NCBI GenBank assembly: GCA_964434775.1
Contig: CAYSWH010000003.1
Location: 1,877-65,876, forward strand
Direction: 5' to 3'
Length of the DNA: 64,000 nucleotides
Source of the DNA: an uncultured Candidatus Saccharibacteria bacterium
GTDB taxonomy: Bacteria > Patescibacteriota > JACMRA01
Below are positions 9,417 through 18,396 of this stretch, piece after piece; positions within the stretch are counted from its first letter, which is position 1, and each line of letters opens with the position of its first letter. The translations under genes and the position numbers were made by a program. The notes beneath the pieces are model-generated. The model was not told where the DNA came from, ran no database searches, and saw only the letters and a list, made by a program, of their open reading frames with translations.

Positions 9417-10153
9417 ATGACTACAAAAAAAATTCTATTATCTACCGCTACTTTTAGTTTAATGTCAGCGGCTGTCGCCGGGGTATCTTTGCTCCTACTC
9501 TTAGTGCTAACGCTCAAGAGGCAACTCAGGCATCAAATTCGGCTAATACCGACTCCGGCCAAGGTCGTTTTGGAAGGTTTACTGAAGAAGAAAGAGAACG
9601 ATTTGAAAGCGTTAGAGAAGCGGTTAGGACTGCAGTAGAAGAAGCTAATTATGAAGCTTGGAAAACTGCCGTAACCGGACTTCCGGATGGCGGTGAAAAA
9701 CTCTTAGAGGCTGTTGATAGTGAGGATGATTTCAATCAATTAGTTGAAGCTCACAACTTAGCAGAACAGGGAAACTATGAAGAAGCTAGGGAAATCAGAG
9801 AAAACCTTGGTTTGGATAAAGGTTTTGGCCCAAAAAAGGATAAGGGTGACAGGCTTTCCAGGGAACAAGTGGAAGCTGTAAGGCAAGCTATGGAGAGCGG
9901 AGATTATCAAGCTTGGGTATCAGCAGTCCAAAATACTCCAAACGGTGGTGAACGTATTCTTGGGGTGATTGACTCTGAAGAAGATTTTAATAGGCTAGCT
10001 GAAAGTCATCAGAAGATGCAAGAAGGTGATATTGAAGGTGCCAGAGAAATTAAAGAAGAGCTAGGTTTACCGGAAAAAAGAAAAGGTCCTGGGGATAAAA
10101 AGGGAGGTGAGCAGAGAGGTTCACAGTATCAAGAAAAAGAAAATGAAGAATAA
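9417..10153 (+). CDS. Secreted helical protein with two ~55-aa tandem repeats; frame-disrupted after the signal peptide
   Basis: Signal peptide MTTKKILLSTATFSLMSAAVAG, then a G4 run (9480..9483). The +2 frame continues IFAPTLSANAQEAT...ANYEAWKTAV...EEAREIRENLGL / ...GDYQAWVSAV...EGAREIKEELGL up to the stop at 10153. Confidence 0.65.
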
Positions 10154-10183
10154 TTACTCAGTTCAAGCAAAACAGATACTTTG

Positions 10184-10209
10184 GCCCGGGTTAATGCCCG
10201 GGTTTTTGT
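10184..10209 (+). terminator. Rho-independent terminator
   Basis: gcccggg-ttaat-gcccggg followed by tttttg, about 30 nt after the stop at 10153. Confidence 0.7.
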
Positions 10210-10350
10210 TTATTTGACCGAAATGAATAAGTTACGGATAACTTAAGCACTAAATTAAATTTAGAAAGGAAGTTGAAAAAAATAATCTTAAGATCTTGGA
10301 ATTTTTTGATGTAGCTAACCTTCAAAGAGTTTTAGCAAATTGGAAATAGT

Positions 10351-12540
10351 ATGAAATATCCGAATTTTGACCCTCAAAGAAACACTTACCACTCAAATAA
10401 AACTCCTCTCGTAGCTTTGATTGGTCTGCCGAATTCAGGTAAAAGTACTTTACTTAATCGTATTACCGGTACCAAGAAGGCGATTGTGGCTAAAGAAGCT
10501 CATACAACCAGGGATTTGAATTTCGGTGAGGATGTCTGGGATGATATGTACGTTCGATACGTGGATACCGGAGGGTTGGTGCCTTCTCCGGAGGATAAAG
10601 TCCAACGGCAAATCCAGATCAAGAGTTGGTCGGCTATCAGTGAAGCAGATTTATTGGTTTGGGTTATTGATCGGAAACAAGATCCGGAAACTATCAGCGA
10701 AGAAATTGTACAAAGAATTTGGAAATTGAACAAGCCGTACATTATTGCTTTAAATAAGGTGGATGATCCTAAGCACGAAAAAGATATTTCCGAGTATGTG
10801 CGTTTGGGCGGTCAAGGATTTGTCAATGTAAGTGCTACTTCGTGTTACGGTTTGAATGAATTTTTGGATATGGTGGTCTTTGAGTTGGAAAAAAACGGAT
10901 TTGAAAAGATTGATTACTCCAATATTTCTTTATCCGAATCAAAAGAAAAAAAGAAAAAGAGCAAGGCCAAGGAAGTAAAAAAAAGCAAAACCGGAGATTT
11001 TTTTATAGTGAGGGATAGTACTGAAGAAGGTCCGGGACTCTACGAATCGATTAGTTCGGAAGAAGCTTTTGAGGAGAGTAGGGAAGTTATAAATCCGCTA
11101 AAAAACATAATTTTTGATTTGGAAGGGGTAGTTTTTGAAGACAGAGTCAAACAGATGGTCGAATTTTTGATCAATTCAGATAACTCTCTAACGGAAGCAA
11201 GGATATTAAAAATTTTTAAGAAAAATAGAAAGCGAGGTTTAAGTGCTCGTAAGGATTTAGAGTTCTGGGAGAATGCTTTGGAAGAACTAAAATTGGATTA
11301 TTCCGCTGAGGAGCTTATGGAAAAATACTTGGGACTATCAAAGGCAAATCAGCAAGTGGAAGAGTTTATTAAACAGAGATCAGAAGAGGAATATAAGCTT
11401 TTTTATTTATCCAACGGCGGCAAAAAAGAGGCTCTTCCTAGAGCTAATCACTATATAATGGAATATTTTGAAGACGGGATTTATAGTTTTCAGGTAGGTG
11501 CAAATAAACCGGATCCCAAGATTTTCAGGGAACTTTTGGAGAGCTATGATCTAAATCCTGATGAAACATTATTTATCGATGATAAAGATAAAAATGCCGA
11601 AGCAGCTCGAAACTTAGGAATGTGGGGATTGGTTTACGAAGATGAAAAAACTAACATTCAAGAGGGTTTTGAGAGGGTTATTTACGGAGAAATTCAAAAA
11701 ATTCCGGAAACACCCAAGATTTTGTTGCTTGGAAAGCCTAATGTCGGTAAAAGCTCCCTTTTTAATGCTCTTTGTAAAAAGGATCTGCAAATTGTAACTG
11801 ATCTCCCGGGTACTACTTTGAGTGTGAATGACTACTTGCTGGAAAGAACTTACGAAGACAAATATTTCAACAAACACCAAAAAAAATACGTCTTGTTAGA
11901 TACTGCCGGAATTAGAAAATCAGGCCAGAGAACATATGGCGTAGAAACTTTTGCCACTTATCGAACGATTCAAGCAGCTCACCAGGCTGACATTATTTGC
12001 TTTTTGGTGGATGCCTCTCAGCCGATTACCCATCAGGATCAAGTGGTGGCCGGGATTTGCCGGGAGGCTAATAAAGGGTTGGTGATTGTAGCAAACAAGG
12101 CAGACTTGGTAGATGAAGAGCAACGAAAAAGGTTCGTAAAAGATTTCCGTTTCCGTTTCCAATTTCTCAAAATTCACAAATTTATCTGGGTGTCCGCTAC
12201 GGAAGATAAAGATTTTACCGAATTATGGCAGGCAATTAACGAAGCAAAATCAGGACGAGAAAAAACGATTCCCAGAGAAGAGGTACGAAAACTCTTTAAC
12301 TACCTAATGAAAAAGAAACCACCAAATAAATTACACAACAAAAAAAGGCCGGTTATCTACGATCTTATTTACGCCAAATCCGCCCCTCCCACTTTTGAAC
12401 TGCTAGTCAAAGATAAAAGCACTATCCATTGGTCCTATCAGAGATTTTTAGAAAACATTATTCGTAATCAATTTAATCTGCACGGCAGTGGAATGAAAAT
12501 ACTTTTGAAGGAGGTAGATAGAAAGAAAGTCGTAGGTTAA
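10351..12540 (+). CDS. der: Ribosome-associated GTPase Der/EngA with a ~270-aa insertion (K/E-rich linker plus HAD-like domain) between GD1 and GD2
   Basis: GD1: GLPNSGKST, DTGGL, NKVD. Insertion: IIFDLEGVVFED, YLSNGG, GANKPDPKIF, LFIDDKDKNAEAA. GD2: GKPNVGKSS, DTAGI, NKADL. C-terminal KH-like tail. Confidence 0.85.
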   Translation: MKYPNFDPQRNTYHSNKTPLVALIGLPNSGKSTLLNRITGTKKAIVAKEAHTTRDLNFGEDVWDDMYVRYVDTGGLVPSPEDKVQRQIQIKSWSAISEADLLVWVIDRKQDPETISEEIVQRIWKLNKPYIIALNKVDDPKHEKDISEYVRLGGQGFVNVSATSCYGLNEFLDMVVFELEKNGFEKIDYSNISLSESKEKKKKSKAKEVKKSKTGDFFIVRDSTEEGPGLYESISSEEAFEESREVINPLKNIIFDLEGVVFEDRVKQMVEFLINSDNSLTEARILKIFKKNRKRGLSARKDLEFWENALEELKLDYSAEELMEKYLGLSKANQQVEEFIKQRSEEEYKLFYLSNGGKKEALPRANHYIMEYFEDGIYSFQVGANKPDPKIFRELLESYDLNPDETLFIDDKDKNAEAARNLGMWGLVYEDEKTNIQEGFERVIYGEIQKIPETPKILLLGKPNVGKSSLFNALCKKDLQIVTDLPGTTLSVNDYLLERTYEDKYFNKHQKKYVLLDTAGIRKSGQRTYGVETFATYRTIQAAHQADIICFLVDASQPITHQDQVVAGICREANKGLVIVANKADLVDEEQRKRFVKDFRFRFQFLKIHKFIWVSATEDKDFTELWQAINEAKSGREKTIPREEVRKLFNYLMKKKPPNKLHNKKRPVIYDLIYAKSAPPTFELLVKDKSTIHWSYQRFLENIIRNQFNLHGSGMKILLKEVDRKKVVG

Positions 12541-12612
12541 ACCGAGATGCATTATTTTTCCTTATTTGAACCCTTCTTTTTCTTTCTGAAAGGGATAAAC
12601 TTAATAGCAATC

Positions 12613-13185
12613 TCACTTCTTTTTGCCTCTACCTTTGAATTTATTATCGTGTCTAGGAAGTAGATTAAAAATCCTTTCGGCCAGCCAGCCAGGAAATCCG
12701 GGTGCTTTGATTATTAGCTTGAGTCCTTTGGCCCATTTCGGTACTTTACCTTTATTATCTGTAGCCATTCTGTCTAAAGCCCTTGAAGCTGAGTCCGTAA
12801 GATTTTTAGCAATTATTGTAGTATAGGCGAGGTCATCTCCTATACCAAGCAAAGGAATTATATCTGGTAAAATATCGGCAGGAGAAAAAACCAAAAGAGC
12901 TAAAATCGCGGTCTTAAACCAGACTTGTTCGTCAGACAGATGCTCATTTGGGGTAACTACTAAAAAATGTAAATACCGGGGGTCAAGATTTCTTATCATA
13001 GAAGCAAAGCTAAAAGAGCTTTCCGGTTTTGCCATTTCTTCTTCAGCTAATTTGCTGGGATCAACTTCAGGGGCTAGTGCGTCTATTTGAGGTAGCCCTA
13101 ATTCATCCAATCTTTCTGCTGCAGGAGGTGTTTCGGGATCTTCTCTTTCATTTTGTCTGGTTGTTTTTTCCATGTTCATAAGCAA
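12613..13185 (-). CDS. DUF1232 (YkvA-like) domain protein
   Basis: VFSPADILPDIIPLLGIGDDLAYTTII matches the DUF1232 signature (D-hIPD-hIP-hG-hDD) as I recall it. Confidence 0.6.
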   Translation of the reverse strand: MLMNMEKTTRQNEREDPETPPAAERLDELGLPQIDALAPEVDPSKLAEEEMAKPESSFSFASMIRNLDPRYLHFLVVTPNEHLSDEQVWFKTAILALLVFSPADILPDIIPLLGIGDDLAYTTIIAKNLTDSASRALDRMATDNKGKVPKWAKGLKLIIKAPGFPGWLAERIFNLLPRHDNKFKGRGKKK

Positions 13186-13194
13186 AATAAGTTT

Positions 13195-13740
13195 TTAAGC
13201 GGCAAGAGCAGTATCACCTTGAACAGACTCTCCTCGTTTTTTTACCGCTCCTTTTCCGACTGCCAGTCTTGTCAGCCAATCAGGCAATCCTGTATCTTCA
13301 GCTCCTTTTCTAACTATTATATGGGCCACAACTTTTCTTAGTTCGTTGGCAACCAAAACATCATCAGCAAGACCAAGTGGTCCTAAGACTATCTCCGGGG
13401 CTATAAGTCTACAGGGCTAATAAGTATATGCCGCCAAAATTACTGCTTTTGTATAAAGGGCTTCCGTAGATAATCTACGATTATTTAAAGGGTTTCTAGT
13501 TAACTCCCAAAGAACTCCGGGTGTCCTCTGAATGAATTCTTTAATTTGAGTGATAACTGTGTTGTCGAAGGAACCGCCCATCACTTGTGTTTCATCTCTA
13601 GTTAGAGAATCCGGAGTCACTGTAGAATTAAGAGCTTCGATTCCAGGATCAGGTATTTCTTTTAACAATCTTAGAGCCTCGGCCTGATGTAGTTCATTTT
13701 TTTCATGAGTGGAAGGAGGTGTTTCAGCTGTGTAAGTCAT
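13195..13740 (-). pseudogene. DUF1232 paralogue interrupted by an in-frame TAG (13417..13419)
   Basis: The 13417..13740 ORF ends ...KAVILAAYTY-TAG. The same frame continues PCRLIAPEIVLGPLGLADDVLVANEL... to the TAA at 13195..13197. The stop aligns with the Ser of the neighbour's VFSPADILPD. Confidence 0.6.
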
Positions 13741-13744
13741 AATA

Positions 13745-14188
13745 TTAGTTTTTTAGGTCTTCTGTAAGCTTAAAATGTTCAAGAAAGTAACCGTAATTGA
13801 GGATAGCTCCCTCACAAAAGTCCAAGCTAAAGGTTTGATTAGCCTTCATTTCTTCGGTTATTAGAGTAATCAAAACAGAAGAGTCCTTGGTTTGCTTAAT
13901 TTTTACGACAAATTCTGAAGAGTAATTCTTTTTCTCATCCAGGCAGTATTTGAGGGTTAGCCAGAGAAATTTTTCGTACAATTTCCATTTAAAATCCAGA
14001 GCTTCATATTGATCACGATTGCTTGGATCCAATTCAATCAATCTATTGAGGATGAGTCTGCTAAACAAATTAATTAAGCCGTATTTGTGATCTTTTTCGA
14101 TTTGACCGAGGAATTCCTGAAGGGCTACTTGGGCTTTTTCTATGTCCAGATTGGACGGGGTGGTTGAATTTGAAGTCACTTGGTTCAT
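13745..14188 (-). CDS. Hypothetical protein (147 aa), first gene of a three-gene minus-strand unit
   Basis: Clean ORF, 4 nt upstream of the DUF1232 pair. No recognisable motif. Confidence 0.5.
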   Translation of the reverse strand: MNQVTSNSTTPSNLDIEKAQVALQEFLGQIEKDHKYGLINLFSRLILNRLIELDPSNRDQYEALDFKWKLYEKFLWLTLKYCLDEKKNYSSEFVVKIKQTKDSSVLITLITEEMKANQTFSLDFCEGAILNYGYFLEHFKLTEDLKN

Positions 14189-14285
14189 AAAATTTTATTA
14201 TTTCATTAAATATGAGTCAATATTGATTATGTCTTATTTTTCTTAAAAAATCAAATCAGTCAATCATCAGCCGGAAATTTGATAG

Positions 14286-14315
14286 TTGACAAATTTATTA
14301 TTGAAGAAGCATAAT
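14286..14315 (+). promoter_or_regulatory. Candidate sigma-70 promoter of the ABC transporter operon
   Basis: TTGACA (14286..14291), an 18-nt spacer, then CATAAT (14310..14315), about 50 nt upstream of the ATG at 14365. Confidence 0.4.
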
Positions 14316-14364
14316 GCTTTAACTAGCTTAAATAATAAGCAAATAAAAATTAAATCTTAAATAT

Positions 14365-15054
14365 ATGACGGCAATTATCTCAGCTTCAGAAGTCAGCAGG
14401 ATATTTGGAACCAAACAAAATCCGATTACTGCCGTAGATGAGGTTAACCTGGAAATCGAAAAAGGTAGTTTCACAGTTGTTCTCGGAAAAAGCGGTAGCG
14501 GAAAATCCACTCTCCTTAATCTGCTCAGTGGTTTGGACAAGGCTACCCGAGGTCAATTGATCGTTGACGGAAACGACTTGGGAAAAAGTAGTAGTAGTGC
14601 TCTAGCCAAGTATCGTTCAGGGATCGGTATAATCTTTCAATTTTACAACTTACTTCCCAATCTAAACGCTGTAGAAAATGTGATGATGGGAGCCTGGGCC
14701 GGCGGACAAGAAGTAAAAGAAGAAAAAGCTCTGGATATTATGAAAAAATTTGGAGTGGAGCATAGAGCAAAAGCCGATGTAAAGACTCTTTCGGGAGGGG
14801 AAAAGCAGAGAGTGGCTATTTGTAGGAGTTTAGTAGGCGATCCGGAAATTCTTTTTTGTGACGAACCTACCGGAGCTTTGGATACCGCCAACGAAAAACA
14901 AGTAATGCAAATTATTCAAGAAATCCACCAAACCGGGGTAACAATTTTTATGGTTACTCATAGTCCCGATTTTGCCGATTATGCTGATAAAGTGGTATAT
15001 ATGACCGACGGAAAGATAGAAAAAGTAGAAGAAAAACAAAAACAAGTTGCTTAG
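14365..15054 (+). CDS. ABC transporter ATP-binding protein (MacB/LolD/FtsE-like)
   Basis: Walker A GKSGSGKST, signature LSGGEKQR, Walker B LFCDEPTGALD, H-loop VTH. Confidence 0.88.
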   Translation: MTAIISASEVSRIFGTKQNPITAVDEVNLEIEKGSFTVVLGKSGSGKSTLLNLLSGLDKATRGQLIVDGNDLGKSSSSALAKYRSGIGIIFQFYNLLPNLNAVENVMMGAWAGGQEVKEEKALDIMKKFGVEHRAKADVKTLSGGEKQRVAICRSLVGDPEILFCDEPTGALDTANEKQVMQIIQEIHQTGVTIFMVTHSPDFADYADKVVYMTDGKIEKVEEKQKQVA

Positions 15055-15085
15055 AAAAGCTTAGTTAATTGAAATAATATAAATT

Positions 15086-16624
15086 ATGAACTACAAATCT
15101 TATAAAATAATTTTAGGAAGACAGTTTAAAGAAAAATGGGGGAGAATTCTTTTAGCCTCCGGAGGAATCATGGTAGGCGTCTGGGCCATAACGCTTACTT
15201 CCAGTCTTTCTTTGGGTCTGTCAGATACTATTGTTACGGCTATCAACAGTCAAAGCTTTGCCAAGCAAATCACCTTGACTAAGACCGAGGGTAACCAAAC
15301 CAATTTATTTGACATTAGTGACGCTCCCCAATTTGTACCTATAGGTTTTGAGGAATTAAAAGAGGTAGAGGAATCCAATCCGAATATTCAGGCAGTAGGA
15401 ATCAATAATATAATTGGCTTTTATGTTCATACTGATCAGGCTAATGAAAATACATCCTGTGTAGATTGGTCCAGGCAATTGCAACCGAACCCTGCTCAGG
15501 AATCTCCAAATCAAGAACCTCAAGGAGTAAATATTGAAACTCAACCGGAGCCGGGGAATACTCCTCAACCTCAATCACCGGATGAGATAGAGGACAACGT
15601 TAACAAATTGCAAGAAGAGTGTAATCAATCAACGGCCATGACAAACTCTTTTCCTCTTTTTTATGAATCCAATCGTACTAGATGGGTAGGGCCTGCGGAA
15701 AAGCCCGGCAGAGAAGAGATTGTGGTCTGTTATGAATGCGGTTCGGAAAATTTGGGCGAAAAATTGGGTTATGACAATCCCGAAGATCTAGTGGGTCAAG
15801 AAATTACAATTGAATTTTCCAGAGCCCCTGATCTGTTTCCCAAAGACAAGCCGATTGATGTGACAAATCTTGAAAGGCAGAATGCCGCGATTACGGAAAG
15901 CGAGCCGATCAAATTTACGGTAGCGGCGGTTGTAGATGATAGAGACACCGGAGTATTTGGTCTGCCGTCGTATTATTTTGATGAGTACTACTACAAAGAA
16001 GCCTTTAGTCTGGCTAATCCGGATGTAAGCGTGGATGATTACGGATCGGCCGAAAATGATGTTTTTGTGGATAGTTATGATAATCTTAATTCGGTTATGG
16101 ACCAATTAAGAGACGAAGGATACTTGGTTTTTTCCTTGGCTCAAACTATTATCAGCGGAGTAGAAACAGCCTTTTTGGGCTTGACCGTTATTTTGGGACT
16201 CTTTGGACTTATTGCTTTGGTAGCTTCACTGTTTGGAATAGTTAACGTAATGACAATTTCAGTCTTGGAAAGAAAAAAAGAAATAGGTATCCTCAAATCA
16301 TTAGGAGCCAAGGACCAAGATATCTTTAATATATTCTTTATTGAGAGCACCTTGCTTGGAATTTTGGGGTGGTTGATGGGTACTCTTTTGGCCGGAGGTA
16401 TGGGTCTTGGAATAGGACTCTTGAGTCAGTATTTGATAGAATCCAATGAGCAATGGAGAGATAATTTACAGGCCCTGAATATTGAGCAGTTTACACCTGC
16501 CTTTCCTTGGTGGATTTTGCTGGGAACCTTTGTTTTGGCGGTGTCCTTTACCGCTGTGTCCGGCTTGATTCCGGCAATTAGAGCCAGTAAGCAAAATCCG
16601 GTAGAAGTTCTGCGGAGTGAGTAA
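15086..16624 (+). CDS. ABC transporter permease, FtsX/MacB-type with a large extracytoplasmic domain
   Basis: N-terminal TM, a ~330-aa external domain, then the FtsX-like C-terminal bundle with ERKKEIGILKSLGAKDQDI. Confidence 0.8.
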   Translation: MNYKSYKIILGRQFKEKWGRILLASGGIMVGVWAITLTSSLSLGLSDTIVTAINSQSFAKQITLTKTEGNQTNLFDISDAPQFVPIGFEELKEVEESNPNIQAVGINNIIGFYVHTDQANENTSCVDWSRQLQPNPAQESPNQEPQGVNIETQPEPGNTPQPQSPDEIEDNVNKLQEECNQSTAMTNSFPLFYESNRTRWVGPAEKPGREEIVVCYECGSENLGEKLGYDNPEDLVGQEITIEFSRAPDLFPKDKPIDVTNLERQNAAITESEPIKFTVAAVVDDRDTGVFGLPSYYFDEYYYKEAFSLANPDVSVDDYGSAENDVFVDSYDNLNSVMDQLRDEGYLVFSLAQTIISGVETAFLGLTVILGLFGLIALVASLFGIVNVMTISVLERKKEIGILKSLGAKDQDIFNIFFIESTLLGILGWLMGTLLAGGMGLGIGLLSQYLIESNEQWRDNLQALNIEQFTPAFPWWILLGTFVLAVSFTAVSGLIPAIRASKQNPVEVLRSE

Positions 16625-16749
16625 GGTACTTCCTTTTGTACATTAGATATCTCGGTAAATTAAATCAAGTTACTCAAAAAAATCCAAGACAGGGTTTAGA
16701 AAAGAGTAAAGTCTCGATTTAAGCAAAATAGGCAGAATGTTGAGGTCGT

Positions 16750-16931
16750 TATTGTCGATCCGAATATAACCTACAACACTTGTCATACTGTCACGGCGAA
16801 CTTGTTTCGGCATCTCTATATGATGAGGAGATCCTGGAGTAACAATGAAAAGACCCTGAAACGAGTTCAGGGTGACGGTCTCCCTCCGAGTGAAATTTGG
16901 AAATGTCTAGGTTTAATTTGGTTTGACTATA
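16750..16931 (+). mobile_element. MITE-like element, copy B (divergent right half)
   Basis: Its left 60 nt (atccgaatataacctacaacacttgtcatactgtcacggcgaacttgtttcggcatctct) are identical to copy C. It ends aaatttggaaatgtctaggtttaatttggtttgacta-TA. Confidence 0.75.
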
Positions 16932-17150
16932 CTTGCCAATCAAGGAAAATTAAATAAGAAAAGAGAAAAAGTTATTAAACCAACCTTCTTAAACATTAAA
17001 AATAATAAAATAGCCTAGACATTCAACACTAACGAACATCAAGGTACAAGCCTTAGGCTAAAAAAATCTTAAGCAAGGGCAGGGACGACGAGTAAGACGA
17101 ATCTTGATGTCTCATCCCCACCACTTGCCCGGTTCCGGTTAGCAGTCGTT

Positions 17151-18121
17151 TTAGCGGGTAATTAGCGGTAAGTATACCACCTCGGTGGGCGGCGGCGGAT
17201 CATCGTCGGTGGGCAGAGGTCCGTACCGGACGATTTCGTTTCCTACATTGCAAACGACCGTGCCATTTGAGAATTCACCTGAAAAATTCCCGCAGGGGCC
17301 TAACAGACTAAGGTTGTCCAAGGTCCCGCTCCAGGCCTGGGGGCCCATGGGACCATCGGTGAGTACCAGGTACTTCCCATCCCCACCGGCCTCGAAGACG
17401 TCTACGAAATACGCCCCCCTTTGGGGAGTATCCCGCATGACGACGCTGCCATTCCCACCATCCTTTAAGATAGTTGAGTACGGAAACAACTTGTCCACAA
17501 ACATTATGGAGCCGTCGTTCTGGGGGCTTTTGGCGTGGGTCGGCACTACCGGTCGATTGGCTTCTCCCCTCATTGTCTCGAGGGGGATTCCGGCGATTGC
17601 ACCTGGTGTGGTCGGTGTCCGCAAGATGACATCCAGGCTGCTGAAGAACAGGAAGCCATTGAGAAGGACGGGTTTATTTCCAGCAAATATATGCTGGCCA
17701 CCATCGGTCGTCAGCAGGTGGACGCTTCCCCGTGTTTCAAAGGCGACCGTCCCCTCCGAAGCAACAAGATCCATGGGTCGATCCACCCCTTCGACGATGG
17801 TCGTCGTTGTATTCTCGGTAAGACGTTGCAGGGACCATGAGCCATCCCCCCCTGCAGGAAGAAGAGAATGGAGGTTGGACTCTCCCATATTGGGTGGGCG
17901 GTCGGGCCATCATGGATTTTTTCCAGGTCGCCGTCGCCGTAGACGTACAGGGCTGATTCCTCAACGAACACGATCTGGCCTTCCGTGTTCACATCGGGGC
18001 TGTGTCCTTCGGCGATCCGGACGGGAGCTGTTTGGGCCTGGGCCTGGCCCTGGGTCGCTCCGACTCCGACTAAACCTACTAACATAAGCAGCAGGGTGAG
18101 TGGTGTGAGTGCGTAACGCAT
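17151..18121 (-). CDS. Secreted protein encoded on a high-GC island; frame-disrupted as assembled
   Basis: 18121 opens MRYALTPLTLLLMLVGLVGVGATQGQAQAQ (signal peptide) ...GDLEKIHDG. The 17151..17888 frame is open from about 17915 (WPDRPPNMGESNLHSLLPAGGDGSW...). The two join with a 1-nt change in the G/C run at 17903..17905. The repeated G/D/T-rich strand-like segments suggest a beta-rich fold. Confidence 0.65.
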
Positions 18122-18396
18122 TTTTACACCTTTCGTGTATTATACAAACAATAGAACCGGCTCGTGCCGGGTTTTCCCGGGGGTTTGCTCCGACTTGAGG
18201 TCTCCTACCTCTCAAGTCAGTGTTACCCGGGGAAAGGTTTGTTTTGAAAGTTGTTTGGGTTCGTTGTGTTGTTGCTGTTGCGATTTGTTCTAATTTTGAT
18301 CTTGTGGGTTTGTTTATAAAACAAATTGACGACTAAGTCCGTGTGTAGGTGTGTATTAAGTGCAACTATGATTGTTTGTTTTTTGCGTTTTGGTTA

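Noticed and set aside
10500-12177. Short ORFs inside der (10500..10742, 10526..10729, 11614..11880, 11920..12177). Similar nested ORFs occur inside proA, PBP1A, the sucrose phosphorylase gene, the ABC genes and the metY-like gene.
   Set aside because: All are nested in or antisense to long ORFs with strong family motifs. None has independent support.
12541-12612. cccttc...gaaaggg as a terminator after der
   Set aside because: The stem is only about 5 bp with a large loop and no adjacent T-run, so it is too weak to report as a feature.
13417-13419. The in-frame TAG as evidence of stop-codon reassignment (for example pyrrolysine or a TAG sense code)
   Set aside because: TAG ends rpsG, gmd (34671..35684), the ABC ATPase (14365..15054) and tagA at the expected lengths. 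Only one internal TAG was found.
17185-18215. ORFs 17185..18087(+, 300 aa), 17535..17840(+), 17737..17964(-) and 17961..18215(-) within the high-GC island
   Set aside because: They are Arg/Pro/Gly/Ser-rich with no motif, as expected for off-frame or antisense ORFs that open by chance in GC-rich DNA. The frame carrying the signal peptide and ordinary composition (17151..18121, minus) explains the region.
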